NCBI GenBank assembly: GCA_951406725.2 | Contig: OX597826.1 | Span: 70,246,001-70,310,000 of the forward strand | Source: Octopus vulgaris | Lineage: Eukaryota | Length of the DNA: 64,000 bases | Reading direction: 5' to 3' | Shown here: one piece after another, positions 13,656-27,150 of the stretch | How positions within the stretch are numbered: position 1 is the stretch's first letter | Layout of the letters: the number at the start of each line of letters is the position of its first letter | The notes under the pieces: generated by a model | The model's input: the letters and a program-made list of their open reading frames with translations, nothing else | What the model was told of the DNA's origin: nothing | The model's database searches: none | Program-made: the position numbers and the translations under genes

Positions 13656-14309
13656 ATCTCATATATCATCATCATCTCTATCATTATTTAGCATATGTTT
13701 TCCATGCATAAGTATTTTTAATTAATCATCAGAAATTACAAAGTTGCTCTAGTCACTCTGTAACTTCAGCTAATAAATAAATAAATACATACATATATAT
13801 ATACATACACACACACACTCACACAACACACACACACACACATACACGATCATGGTTGTCTGATAAATGGTAATGTGAAACTCTGAGTAACAGTTTGTGA
13901 AGACTTTTTTGGCTTTAAAAAAAAAGCATACTACTCTATCTTTGGTAGTCGAGTACTATTTTTTCCACTTTGTTTTATATTTAGGTTCTTACTTGTGTGT
14001 GTGTGTGTGTGTGTGTGTGTTTGTGTGTAGATATACAAACCACCATCATTTTATGTGTGTACTTATGAGTATATCAATTTCACTTGCAATTTTAACGAAC
14101 CCATGCTTATGATGGAAAATACTTCCTCAAAGCGCTGTACAGCAAGATTGAACTTGTAACCATGCTATTATGAAATGTCCTTCTCATCTACAGAAACAAT
14201 GTGGTATGGCAGCATGGTCTTCTTTATTAATTAGAGGAAGGCCAGGCATTTATTGTTTTTTTGGTTTCTTTATTGTTAGTGCTTGGGGTCCACGCTGTAT
14301 TACTTGTGT

Positions 14310-14710
14310 TTCATCATCATCATCATCATCATCATTTAACGTCCGCTTTCCATGCTAGCATGGGTTGGATGGTTTGAACTGAGGTCTGGCGAACCAGATG
14401 GCTGCACCAGGCTCCAATCTTGATCTGGCAGAGTTTCTACAGCTGGATGCCCTTCCTAACGCCAACCACTCCGAGAGTGTAGTGGGTGCTTTTACGTGCC
14501 ACCGGCACGAGGGCCAGTCAGGCAGTACTGGCAGCAGCCATGCTCAAATGGTGCTTTTTATGTGCCACCTGCACAGGAGCCAGTCCAGTGGCACTGGCAA
14601 CGACCTCGCTCAAATGGTGCTTTTCACGTGCCACCAGCACAAGTGCCAGTAAGGCAACGCAGGTAACGATCACGCTCGAATGGTGTCTTTAACCTGCCAT
14701 CAGCACGCTG
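14310..14710 (-). mobile_element. Family C RTE 3' UTR copy with about four internal modules
   Basis: (cat)n-ttaacgtccgctttccatgctagc...gatgcccttcctaacgccaacc, then repeated gtgcttttacgtgccacc modules. Confidence 0.8.
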
Positions 14711-15619
14711 TTTATCTAAATCAGTTGAGCATGATTTGGGTGAGATTTAGCTGCTATATCTAGTGATTGAATAACTGCATAAAGGCTTCTTCATTTTTCT
14801 CAAGGGGCTCCCATGTGGCTGTCCTTATTGAAGATGAGGGATCAATAGTGTAGTGTAAGGCTGCCAGCACCTGGAAGAAGGCAGTTATTGTACTCACTAA
14901 CCTGTAGTCTGTTAGCCCCTTTTTTTTGTTTTGTTTTTGTCTTTTGAAATTTTGTACCCATGACAACTACCCCCTTTTGGTGGCCTCACTCATACTACAT
15001 GAGTGTGATATTAGGAAGAATTGGTATCTCAAAAGACCTGTGCTTTATATCAGTAGTGGCTGGTAGAATCAGGAAAGCAGAAGACAAAATGTCTTGAGGG
15101 TCATGGATGGGTGAATTGGTTGAACAGCTGACAAAACATCTTACAATAGTCATTTACATCCCCTTACATCCCGATTTCAAATCCTGCCAAAATCAACTTC
15201 GCCTTTCAGGGGTTTTTGAAGCAAAATACCCAATTAACTACTGGTATTGATGTAGCCAACCGCTCCCCTTACTTCCTATCAAATTCCTGGCCTTGTGCCT
15301 ATGCAAGGAAAGACGTTGCTGTTGTTATTGTTATCATTATTATTATTATTATTATTACTATTATTATCGTGACATTTATCTTCTCACCAGCTTTTTCATA
15401 AACTTTTGAAGTCCCAACATTTGAAATAAGACTCCAGAGCATAGCGAAGAAACAAATTTATGGAATCCTGAATTAATTAGAGCATTGGACTAAATACCTC
15501 ATCATATTATGTTTCATCCCTGAACATTCCACATTAGAAATTTCTCACGGGGTACGGGTGGAATGGAGGTGATTTTCATGTATTTGGGGCTGATTCGATT
15601 GACTAGATTGCCTCCTTAT

Positions 15620-16690
15620 TTACAGGTTATATACCCTTGCATCTCATATATATTTAGTCACATATTCTTACAAGCTGGATAGCTTTATGAGTTGTATATA
15701 CTTTGACAGTTATTTACACTTACAGCCTATATACCCTTACATGTTATACACCCTTACAATAGAATATATACCTTATCATGTTGTAAAAATTTCGCCACTT
15801 ATACATTCTTACAGCTTACGAATTACACGCAATTACAGCTTGTATACCATTACGGGTTGTACACCCTTACAATAGTATATACACCCTAACAAATTGTTAA
15901 AATATAAGTTGACATTATATATCCTTTCAGTGTACCCTCACAAGTTATTCATGTTTAATTATACTTGCTTACAATCTATATACCCTTACAAATTAAACAT
16001 CCTTATAACTTGTGTACCCTTACAAATTATACATCCTTATAATTTGTATACACTTATGAGTATATAACATATGAATCCTTATAAATTATATCTTATGAGT
16101 TATATGTGCTTGATTATACATGCTAACAAGCTTACAAATTATACATCCTTAATTTGTATACCCCTATGAGTATATAACTTATAAATCCTTATGAATCATA
16201 TTATACGAGTTATATATGCTAACAATCTATATACCCTTACAAATTATACATCCTTATAGTTTGTATACCCCTATGAGTATGTAACTTATAAATCCCTATG
16301 AATCCTATTATACGAGTTATACATGCTTAATTATACATGCTAACAATCTATATACCCTTACAAATTATACATCCTTATAATTTGTATACCCCTATGAGTA
16401 TGTAACGAGTTATACATACTAACAATCTATATACCCTTAAAAATTATACATTCTTATAGTTTGTATACATTTACAAGTTATATACCCTTATGGGTTGTAT
16501 ATCCTTATGAATCATATCTTACAGGTTACACATGCTTAATTTTACGTCTATATACTCTTACAAATCACATTGCCCTTACGCCTCGTTATATCCTTACAAG
16601 ACATATTTTCTTACAAGTTGTGCAGTCTTCGTTGCATACCCTTACAAGTTGTAAACCTTTATAAATTGCTTATCCTTGTAAAAGTTGTGG
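15620..16690. repeat. Degenerate minisatellite (tatacccttacaaat-type ~17 bp unit with ~100-120 bp higher-order blocks)
   Basis: Recurrent tacccttacaaattatacatccttata and tgtatacccctatgagta motifs. Confidence 0.8.
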
Positions 16691-16811
16691 CCTTGTGCCA
16701 ATTTAATTAATCATTATTAACTTAGAATTAAATTGTTCTTGCTGTTCTTGTTGTTGTTGTTGTTTATTGGCAGCATTTCACATTTTCTTTACTGATTTAT
16801 TAATTAATTAA

Positions 16812-16833
16812 TTGTTTCTTCTTCTACTTTCAG
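16812..16833 (+). promoter_or_regulatory. 3' splice site of the first coding exon (implies an upstream non-coding exon)
   Basis: ttgtttcttcttctactttCAG, with the ATG 14 nt downstream. Confidence 0.75.
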
Positions 16834-16847
16834 TTCAAGCCGATACA

Positions 16848-19800
16848 ATGATGCTTTCTGGCATCACCTTTCTTTGGAAGTGGTTAGTCTGGTTGTTCAC
16901 TCTACACATCAGCTGCAGCTTAGCACAAACGACAATATCAATACAACTACCTTTCCAGTTCACGCAGCCAATCTACAATGCCAGCATTTACGAGAACTCG
17001 GTGGGGAAAATCTATGTCCAATCAACGCGGAAAATGGGAATACCCGTCCGCGATTCCTCACTGGATGTTTCCTTCTCGATAATAAAACGAGACGATGATA
17101 GTATTTTTAAATTAGAAGAATTATTCATTGAAGACTTTTGGTTTCTTAGGATACGAACTAACACAGGAATTCTCCCCGGAAAATTAAATCGGGAGCTTCA
17201 TGATCATTATACCCTATACATCAAAGCCATGGCACAGAACCTGGCAGGCCTTATATTCGAGGCTGATGCTATTGTATATATATCTGTCCTTGATAGGAAT
17301 GACTTAATGCCTATATTTTATAATCCTCGATACAATATAACGCTTAGTGAAGACACAGCAGTGCACAAACGCATAACACGGGTGAGTGCATCTGATGCAG
17401 ATATAGGAATAAATGCTGAAATCTATTACAGTTTTGTTGAAGCCACTAATACATTCGCTATCCATCCCACAACTGGAGTTATCACACTCACACGCCCATT
17501 AAATTATCAGGAACGAAGCGAATATGAACTCGAGATCCTTGCCAGTGATCGCGGCCACAAAATCAGTCATAGCCAGAGCATGTCACGAGGTCGTGCTAAA
17601 TTGTTCGTCACAGTTCAACAAGTTAACTTATATCCCCCAGAATTCTCAGTTGAAAATTTACCATCTTTGGTGGAACATGGCAACATCGGAACTGTTTATG
17701 CCATTGTTCGTATTGAAGATCAGGATACTGGTAATAATGGCAAGTTAAATATGCCACAGATCATCGATGGGGACCCCAATGGTTATTTCATGTTAAAAGC
17801 CGGTAAATCTCGAGAAGAATTCCTCATTATAGTCCAAGAAAACCTTGATCGAGAAGACAGCCCCGACGGTTTCAATTTAACCCTTTACGTTTCTGATCAA
17901 GGAACACCAAGTCTAAATTCTACAATAGTGGTCCCAGTGGACATTCAAGACATGAACGACAATTCTCCAGTTTTCAGTCAAGCCATTTACGAGGCCAGTA
18001 TTGATGAGACGGCATTGGTCAATTCTCCTGTGATATTTATTAAGGCCGGAGATGCCGATGCTGGCAAAAATGCCAAAGTTCATTACACCATAACTGGCGG
18101 CAACGTAGATGGCTACTTCCAGATAGATCCCATATCTGGACTGATCACGACGGCGTCAGTGCTGGATGCAGAGACGGTATCTGATGTGGAACTTGAAGTG
18201 TGCGCCGAGGACGAAGCAAACTCTGGAGCCAGGAAAAGTGGTGCTGCAATTGTGCACATAGATATCAAGGATTGTAACGACAACACCCCAGTGTTTAACA
18301 GCACAGGTGATATCTTTTATGTGGATGAAAACTCTCCAATTAGTAGCATTGTCGGCCAGGTGACCGCTACAGACATCGACAAAGACGAAAATGGCTATTT
18401 CAGTTTGACCATTGCTAATATCAACAAGGTACCATTTGAAATCGAACCATTTGCAGGGCATTTGAAGTTGACCCAAGTTCTTGATTATGAATCCATGAAG
18501 GACTCCTACATCCTCAAGATCCGTGCTTCCGACTGGGGCAGTCCATTTCGCCGAGAAGCAGAAACACAAGTTACAGTTAAGGTCCGCGATGTGAACGACA
18601 ACAAGCCCCAGTTTGAAAGCCTGTCGTGCATGGTTTACGTGTCTTCGGACATCGAGAACGACACTGCCCTGTTGGTTGTTTCAGCCATTGACTTAGATAT
18701 TACGAGTATTGTTAGTTACAGCATTGATAAAGGGAATGAAAAGAACTACTTCTCCATTCACACGGAACGGGGCGATATATTTTTGAGTGTTCCGACAACT
18801 GAGTTGCTTGAGAGTAAATTCACTCTGGCCATTGGTGCAACAGACGGCATTCATGCTGCTGATCCTATGGAAATGACCGTTGTTATTGTAAATAAAGAGG
18901 AAGCAGATAGACAACTCTTAGACAACTCAGTGTCATACAGTTGCCAAAAATCTAATGCCACCAAAGTTCTTGAGAAAATGCTTTTAAAGAAGCAGAAAGA
19001 CAACGAAAGTAACCAAGATTTAATGGCTGAAATGCCAGATGAATATCGGTACAACATCAACCCTCCAGAGTTTGCTTACGATATGCCGACTAATATTACC
19101 ATCAGGGAAGATAAACCGGTCACTTTCAGCATCTTAGAAATCCCCGTTTCTGACAGTGACCCAGGCTATAATGGTAAACTTACTTATGTTTTATCAAAGG
19201 GAAATGAGCAGGGTAAGTTTTCCATTAGTAACGAAGGAAAATTGTACATATTGTCTGAGTTAGACCGAGAGAAGAAGGATAACTATGAACTGGTCATCAC
19301 AGCCGCTGACCTTGGCAAACCAAGCAAAACGGCTTCGAGAAATATCACTGTGACTGTCTTGGACGTCAATGATTGCTCACCAGTTTTTGAAAGGAACCAT
19401 TACGCTGTCAATGTATCAGAAAACATCAACCTCAATGCCACCATCACACAGGTTTACGCCACTGATGACGACACGGGGCAAAATTCCGAGATTCGATATA
19501 CCATCATATCAGACACTGACGAGTTCAAAGTCGACAACCATTCCGGAATAATCCGAGTGAATGCATTGTTGGATCGAGAAAGACAAGAGGTTTATAATGT
19601 TTTAGTCCAGGCCAGTGACAAGGGCTCGGAAATATCTCTGTCATCGACAACGACCGTCACTATACACGTAACAGATATAAATGACAATTTACCGAAATTC
19701 TCTCCAGAGATTTACGACATCAAGATCCGAGAAGACTTGCCAATTGGTGCTGTGGTAACCACGCTGACGGCCTACGATCCAGATCTTGGGTCTGGTGGGG

Positions 19801-20184
19801 AAGTAACTTACAGCCTAATTTATGGCACAGATGGTAAATTTGAAATTGATGAAATTACAGGAACGGTGAGAGTGTCACAGAAATTGGATTTCGAACAGAA
19901 ACAAGTATACAACATAACAGCCCAAGCTCAGGATAATGGCGATTCACCTCTTTTGTCATCATGCTTTATCAACATCGAGGTGATTGATGTTAACGAGAAT
20001 TTGTACCCACCTGTTTTTAGTACCTTCGTTGCTATCGGTTACGTTCGTGAAGACGAACCGATTGGCACAGCTTTCATGCAAGTTTCTGCTACAGACGCAG
20101 ATGCCCCGGAAGATGATCTTACACCTATAATGTATTCCATACGAGATGGTTCTGGATTAGGACGTTTTACCATTGACAATAATG
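16848..20184 (+). CDS. FAT1: First coding exon of a Fat1/2/3-like (Fat-like/kugelei) giant cadherin: signal peptide, EC1-EC9 and part of EC10; the gene continues beyond the window
   Basis: Polypyrimidine tract plus CAG at 16831-16833, then an in-frame ATG at 16848 and a hydrophobic leader (MMLSGITFLWKWLVWLFTLHISCSLA). Repeated cadherin motifs are present (DxNDNxP, LDRE/LDYE, AxDxDxG). The N-terminus (FTQPIYNASIYENS...KMG...FWFLRIRT...LNRE..DHYTL) and the end (SIRDGSGLG) match my recollection of Fat1/Fat-like proteins. Strong phase-1 donor G|GTAAGT at 20184/20185, after which the ORF becomes low-complexity. Confidence 0.95.
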
Positions 20185-20190
20185 GTAAGT
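20185..20190 (+). promoter_or_regulatory. 5' splice donor GTAAGT opening a very long intron
   Basis: Perfect consensus exactly where cadherin similarity stops mid-EC10; no further cadherin exon recognised in the following 44 kb. Confidence 0.9.
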
Positions 20191-20698
20191 CTTTCAAATT
20201 TTTCTCTTTTTCCTTATCTCTTTCTTGTCCCTTTTTTCTTTCAGCCTTTCTTTACTTCTATCTCCCCTTCTGTCTGTCACTTCCTTACTTTTCTCTTCCA
20301 AGTCTTTCTTTGCTCCTTTCTTTTCATTTTTATTTTAACTTCTTTAATATTACAAAGATGTACTTGCATAGCAAGTGACTTGATCTGAGATCGTGTGCTG
20401 AAACAAAAAACAATTACAGTGTGGAAGGTGTTTATAAGCCATTTAAAAACACACACAAAAAAAAACTAAAGAAAAATTTAGATTCACTTCAACATTTAAA
20501 TTTAAACTGTGTCAAAATATTTTCATCAGTTTGAAACTGCGACCTGTTCACTGACAAAACTTCATACTAATATTGTTTCCATTATCTATTTTTGAATTTT
20601 GATCAGGATGTATGATACTTCAAAATTATACATCTTCCCAAATTATCAAAGCAAGTTCAAGTATTGAGTAAAAACTGACCCTTCGAAGTTTTCTATTA

Positions 20699-21193
20699 CT
20701 GTAAATCCTTGAGTATAATCTGCATTTTTTGCCCAAAATTTAAAGGTCAAAATACTTAGTCCGTACTATATACGAGGTTAAAAATGAAAAATATTTTCTA
20801 AGCAATGTCTGAGTCTCTATTTGCTGTCCGGCAATGTTTATTCAGACGCATTTTCTGATGTCAGATGCGAAAATACCTTAAGCTAAACCTGAAAGCAATG
20901 AAGTCATAAAAGAATCATCCATAAACTTGCAGTAAGCAACATTTATTAAACGTTATTACTGTTATTTCTTTATTTTCTGCAAACAAAATACACAAAAAAG
21001 CTACACGTTTGCATTATGTTATATATACAATAATAATAAAGGACATTACCGTATACAGTTTTACAAACCAAGGACGTTATATAGACCTCCTTGACTCAAG
21101 TTAGAGAAGGGATGTGTATTATACACAAGGTTTAGGTTTTTCAGTGGTACAGCCCCCTAAAAACCCCTGCGTATTATACTCGAGGATTTACGG
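20699..21193. mobile_element. Non-autonomous Tc1/mariner-pogo-type DNA transposon (MITE), ~495 bp
   Basis: TIRs ctgtaaatccttgagtataat / attatactcgaggatttacgg (2 mismatches in 21 bp), flanked by TA on both sides, with internal subterminal tata..cgagg repeats. Confidence 0.85.
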
Positions 21194-21379
21194 TACATTT
21201 TTTTTTTTTTTTTAAGTAGAGAAGGTGGGACAGTTGAGTGGCATTTGAAGGCCTCAGCTTACTTAGACTTGTATGGTTAATGTGGATGATGTTTTGTAAG
21301 ATTAGCGAGGGGATTTGTGCAGGTCTCAGTCCAAGATTGGGGAGACTGGTGTGGCTGATATCCAGATTGAACATTCATA

Positions 21380-21605
21380 GAAACAACAGCAGTAGCTTTA
21401 CTGGAACAATTAAGCAACTCTGGAACAACGCCAGAGCAATTGTAGAGAAACACCAGAGCAACTTTAAGACAACATTAGAGTGGCTGAAGCAAAACAAGAC
21501 ACTAGGGTCACTCAAGAGCAACATTGAAGTATCACTGAAGCAACTTAAGGGTAATGCTGAGGCAACTTATGGGCAACATTGAAGCAACTTACGAGCAACA
21601 CTTGA
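21380..21605. repeat. Degenerate ~11-bp tandem repeat (gagcaacatt/gaagcaactt)
   Basis: Recurrent agcaac/aacaac units. Confidence 0.55.
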
Positions 21606-21925
21606 GGAGGAAGGAAAATGGTGCGCAGGATTGTGATGTGATTATGATCATTGTGATTATGCTAATTAGGCTGGTAATGATATTGATGAAGGGGATTATA
21701 ATTATGGGGGTGGTTAAAGAGACGGGCATGGTTGTGGGGTTAACGAGTTCATTTCACAACCACAATCTGCTGGTTTTGATTTTCCTGTAAAGATACCTAA
21801 ACCAAGAGTACTTTATCATAACCTTTGGTTTGAATAATACTCAGGAGTAAAATTTTGAAGGCAGAATTTCTATTGGGCCCAACTGTATGTAAGTGTGTAT
21901 ATGTATGTTTATGTGTATATGTATG

Positions 21926-21960
<35 letters not shown>

Positions 21961-22777
21961 GTATATATATATTCCAGGCAGCGACAAGTTGAAAAGAAGC
22001 TATGTCCAGCCACTTAGTATAAAGTACTCAAACATAAGTCTGAGAGTAAATAAAATGTTTAATCCAATAATATATTTTTGTCAGACTAACCGCTAACAAT
22101 TATGGATTAACTATTTCACACACACACACACACACTCTCTCTCTCTCTCTTTCTCTCTCTATCTCTCTCTTTTACTCTCTTTCCATCTTCCTCTTACCCT
22201 GGTCTCTCTTTCTCTGTCTTCCTCTCTCATATAGAACTGCTTGGCAGACAGACAGTTCCAAAAAGTATGAATTATTCTTGTGACCTTGTAGCTTTTTCTA
22301 ATTTCTAATTTCTCGAACAGTCCAAGGATGGATAATTATATTCCTCATTTAAACGAGTCTTTTATAAATGAAGTGGCCCTAATTGGAAACCATTTTGATC
22401 AGGGTCATGCATGAAACCCTCAGCCCTTGAATCACTCGGTAATTTCTACCAATTAGAAATTACATGTGTGTGTGTGTGTCTATATTTGTATGTGTGTGTA
22501 TGTATATGTTTGTGTGTCTACATGTTTGTATGTGTGTGTATATTTGTATGTGCGTGTATATATAGATATGTGTGTGTGTTTATATGTATGTATATATATA
22601 TATATATCCATATATGTAGATATATGTATATGGGTGTGATATATATGTGTATGTATGTGTGTATATATGTGTGTGCGTGTGTGTATGTATACATCTATGT
22701 GTGTCTGTATATACATATGTATGTATAGAAATATATGCATGTGTCTATATGTGTGTGCATGTGTCTATATGTGTGTG

Positions 22778-22812
<35 letters not shown>

Positions 22813-23314
22813 GTATATATATATATGAATATATGCATGTATCTGTATATGTGTATGCATGTGTGTATATATGTGTGTGTGCGGCTGTGTGTATGTATAT
22901 ATCTATGTGTGTCTGTATATACATATGTATGTATATAAATAAATATATGCGTATGTCTGTATATGTGCACGCACGTGTGTGTGTATGTATTACATCTATG
23001 TATGTCTGTATATACATATGTATGTATATCAATATATGCATGTCTGTATATGTATATACACATATGTATATATATATCTGTGTGTGTGCATGTGTGTGTG
23101 TTTCTGTGTGCGGGTGTGTGTGTGCTTCTGATTGTTGTGGCGGTAGAGTAGAGTTATGGCATCATAAATCTGTGGAATTGTGTTCGGATGTGTTACTGTA
23201 GACTTTAACATTCAGTTTCACTAGAAATTGTGTTGCCATTTAAAGTGTAAAAGCTTCCCCAGTTTTTCTAAAGGTTTCTTTCATTTTGTACTGGGTGGTT
23301 ATTACGCTCGAGAT

Positions 23315-23815
23315 ATGTGGTGGTTGCGGCGGCGGCGGTAATGGTACTGGATGTTGTTGTTGGTGGTGGTAGTGGTGGTGGTGGTGGTGGTGGTGGTGGC
23401 GGTGGTGGTGGTGGTGGTGGTGGTGGTGGTGGTGGTGGTGGTAGTGATAGCCTTTACAATGGTTGTAGTTAGGATGCTGTTGCAATGGTGGCAATGGCAG
23501 TGGTGGTGGTCTTTTGTAATTCTTGAGGTTTTGTTGGTATTGGGCTTGCTGATGGTAAATGGTGCTGCAGTTGTTATAGGAACGGCGGTGGTGATGGTGG
23601 TGGTGGTGGTGGTTGCAGTGGTGGTTGCAGTGGTGGTTGCAGAGGTGGTTGCAGTGGTGGTGGAAGTGGTGGCGGCAGTGATGGTGATGGTGGTGGTGGC
23701 GGCTGCAGTGGTGGTGGTGGTGGTAGTGGTGGTTGTAGTGGGGGTGCTGGTGGTGGTGGTGCTAGTGGTGGTAGTGGCGGTGGTGGATTTGCTGGTGGTG
23801 GTGGTGGCATTGTGG
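23315..23815. repeat. (GGT)n microsatellite region
   Basis: Directly visible. Confidence 0.9.
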
Positions 23816-24135
23816 TCATGATGTGTTGTTGTTTAGCCCCAAGTCAGTCCTGATCGAGCAAGACTTCCGATCATCAAAGGCATTCCAGTCATAAATCTCC
23901 TATCTTGGTTGTTTTATTTTAGAAATAAATACTCTGTCTAGGACTATATTATCCAATGTAACCTATCTTCCAATATTGTAGTTATCGGTAGTGATGGCCA
24001 TGGCAGTGGTAATGGGGGTGGTGGTGTTGTTGATGACAGTACTTGTTGCGTACTTGAGTACTAAATAAAATAATCTCATTATTAACAGTTCTGAGTATGG
24101 GCGTACTCATATTAGCAATAATTGTAGAATTATTA

Positions 24136-24188
<53 letters not shown>

Positions 24189-24189
24189 A

Positions 24190-24345
24190 TTAATGTTCTG
24201 AATTCAAATTCTGCCACAGTCAGCATTGTCTTTCATCCATCCGGGGTCGATGTAATAAGTACCAGTTACGCACAGGGGTCAGCGTAATCGACTATCGCCC
24301 TCCCCCAAAATTTCAGACCTTGTGCCTATAGTAGAAAGAATTATT
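24190..24345 (+). mobile_element. SINE family B fragment
   Basis: gttctgaattcaaattctgcc...tttcatccatccggggtcga...ccttgtgcctatagtagaaag. Confidence 0.75.
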
Positions 24346-24349
24346 GTTA

Positions 24350-24380
<31 letters not shown>

Positions 24381-24387
24381 CATTATT

Positions 24388-24648
24388 AAGGGTCTGGGAA
24401 GCCAGGAGGCTGCACCAGGCTCCAGTCTGATCTAGCAGTGTTTCTACAGCTGGATGTCCTGCCTAATGCCAACCACTCTGTAAGTGTAGTGGGTGCCTTT
24501 TACATGCCACCAACACAAGTGCCAGGGGAGTCTGGCAACGGCCACGTTTGGACGCTGCTTTTTACGTGGCACTGGCACAGGTATCACAACTACAATTTCT
24601 GTTTGATTTTTAATGTTTATGTACTTGACTCAATAGGTCTCCTCAAGC

Positions 24649-24685
<37 letters not shown>

Positions 24686-25050
24686 CATCCTCTCCTTCTT
24701 CATCATCATTGTCGTCTTCATTCTTATCCTCACTACCATCATATACCATCAGTAACAGCCATCATCTCCATCATTGTACTGGTACAATTTTCTCTACATA
24801 AATTGTCTTTGACTTTTCTGCTAGCTTTGCCATCATCATCATCATCATTATCATTATCATCATCCTTTAATGTTCGCTTTCCATGCTAGCATGGGTTGGA
24901 CGATTTGACTGAGGAGTGGCTAACCAGATGGCTGCGCCAGGCTCCAGTCTGATTTGGCATGGTTTCTACAGCTGGATGCCCTCCCTAACGCCAACCACTC
25001 TGAGAGTGCAGTGGGTGCTTTTACATGCCACCTACACGAGGGCCAGTCTG
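24388..25050 (-). mobile_element. Two family C RTE 3' UTR copies (~24388-24652 and ~24830-25050)
   Basis: ggctgcaccaggctccagtctgat...ctacagctggatg...gccaaccactctg occurs twice. Confidence 0.75.
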
Positions 25051-25914
25051 GAACAGGGGTACCTTATGTCAACAGAACTATGGTAACAAAAGTGTTAAAG
25101 AAAAATTTTTAATATTTATCTCCATCAGACAATGCTTCATGTAAACTACACTACCTTGCTATGTTTATATTAGTCTCAAGAATTTTCAACTCAAATTTCC
25201 AGTGCATCATTGAGGTTAGGGTATCCTCAAAGCTGGAGGGAGAAAATACAGTACAAATCTCGAAAGAGTAACCTGATGCGAGTAACAAGGCGAAGATTGC
25301 AGATGGAACCATTAAACCAGCTGAGGCCTAACTTAAACATAAATAGTGTAAACATACTCTCTAACGATGCCGTTAATGCCCCGGAAAATTATAATTTTAT
25401 TAACAACTACACATTGTAGACATTTTGATATCTGATTATTTATTCATAATCTCCGGATTTGAACCGATGCTCTCATTCAAGCAGCGAATTAAGAACGGCA
25501 GTATATTACCATCGTTCATTATTTACACGCCAGCACTGCCTATCGTTTATCATTATTCTTAGTCACGTCACTGAAAACTGTGTCTTCGAATTGACTCACT
25601 AGTGACACATTTTTGGCAAATACCATCCATTAATTCCAGTCGCTTACGAGCTCCTCTGCAAACCGCAAGCACCACCACCACTGCCACCAGCATAACCTGC
25701 TGTCCATTCTTACTCTCTTTATACCCCAAGACTTCTAACTGAAATTATATACCATCACCACCACCAACAACAACAACAACAACATCACCACCACCACCAA
25801 CAACAACAACAACATCACCACCACACTGTTTTAGACTTACCAGTGTAATAATATTAACAACAATAACAATATTGATGTTTGAATAGGCCAAAGCATATGT
25901 AAATGCTGCTCCTG

Positions 25915-25955
<41 letters not shown>

Positions 25956-26035
25956 GCTACTACTTGATTCAGTGATGCTTACATGGGTGCAGATGGTAGT
26001 GGTGGTGGTGGAAGCATTGGTGGTGATGGAACAGC

Positions 26036-26078
<43 letters not shown>

Positions 26079-26209
26079 GGTAATAGTGTTGATATTAATT
26101 GTGGCGGTAGAGGCAGTGGTGGTGGTGGTGGTGGTGGTGGTTGGGGGAGGATGAGATGTTAGTGTGGGTGGTGATAGCATTGATGTTTAGTGGTGTGCAG
26201 GGGTGTGCA

Positions 26210-26243
<34 letters not shown>

Positions 26244-26676
26244 GTGGATGAGGTGGTGGTGGTGGTGGTGGTGGGTGGTGGTGGTGGTGGTGGTGGTGGT
26301 GGTGGTGGGCGAGGCTGCAGTTTTTCAGCTGAGCCAAGAAAAACAACGATATTTGGCCAATATTTAATTTGAAACCACGAAATGCAATGCGAATACAACA
26401 GCAACAACAACAACAACAACAAGAGAAGCAACGACAGCAACAGCCATGGCATTGGGTGGGGATGGTGGGTGGTGAAGCGAGGAGTGGTGGTGGTGGTGGT
26501 GGTGTTGTGGTTTTGTAATTAGATTTCATCAGTGCCAGTTTGCTGTTGGTTTGGTACATATTGCAATGACCCATCATCAATGAAAGATGAAGTCAACACG
26601 CATGGCATTTTGAACTGAGAATCTTAATGAAACACTGCTTTTAACACTCCAGTGATTTTTGGTACACGGGACTACG

Positions 26677-26729
<53 letters not shown>

Positions 26730-27150
26730 CCTACGCAAAATACTCTCTATGTAATCCCAAGGTTTAAAACAAACTTTTTTTTTTTTTTTTTTCAAATTTA
26801 TGTATTAGACATTCACTAGTACAACACCAAAAAAAAAAACCCCCAAATATATGGCACACTAGGCATAACAACAACGTGAACTTCCAACCTGTTGTCTCTT
26901 GAGGTCTCTGGGTGAGACTTGGAGCCAACTTGTACAGACATAAAGCAAAAGTCAAACATAGAATAATAATAATAATAATAATTGTTTCTACTCTAGGCAC
27001 AAGGCCCGAAATTTTGGGGGAGTGGAGGCAGTCGATTAGATCGACCTCAGTGCACAACTGGTACTTAGTTTATTGAGAGAATGAACCATCTCCAGCACTC
27101 TCTCTATATGACCCAGGAGGGCCCATACCCTCCCTTTGCTACCATTAAGT

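Noticed and set aside
14480-14710. Repeat-spacer-like pattern (gtgcttttacgtgccacc with variable spacers) resembling a CRISPR array
   Set aside because: Eukaryotic context, the spacers are related to one another, no cas genes; these are internal modules of the RTE 3' UTR.
16812-16847. ORF-track start (TTG) and MFLLLLSVQADT leader
   Set aside because: Overlaps the polypyrimidine tract and acceptor; the eukaryotic start is the ATG at 16848.
20185-20378. Hydrophobic C-terminal tail of the 1188-aa ORF (looks like a TM segment of a short protocadherin)
   Set aside because: Read-through into a T/C-rich intron after a perfect donor in the middle of EC10.
20370-20560. Repeat-like segment with ctgatgaaa on the minus strand
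   Set aside because: Hammerhead elements are in the wrong order; family not identifiable by eye.
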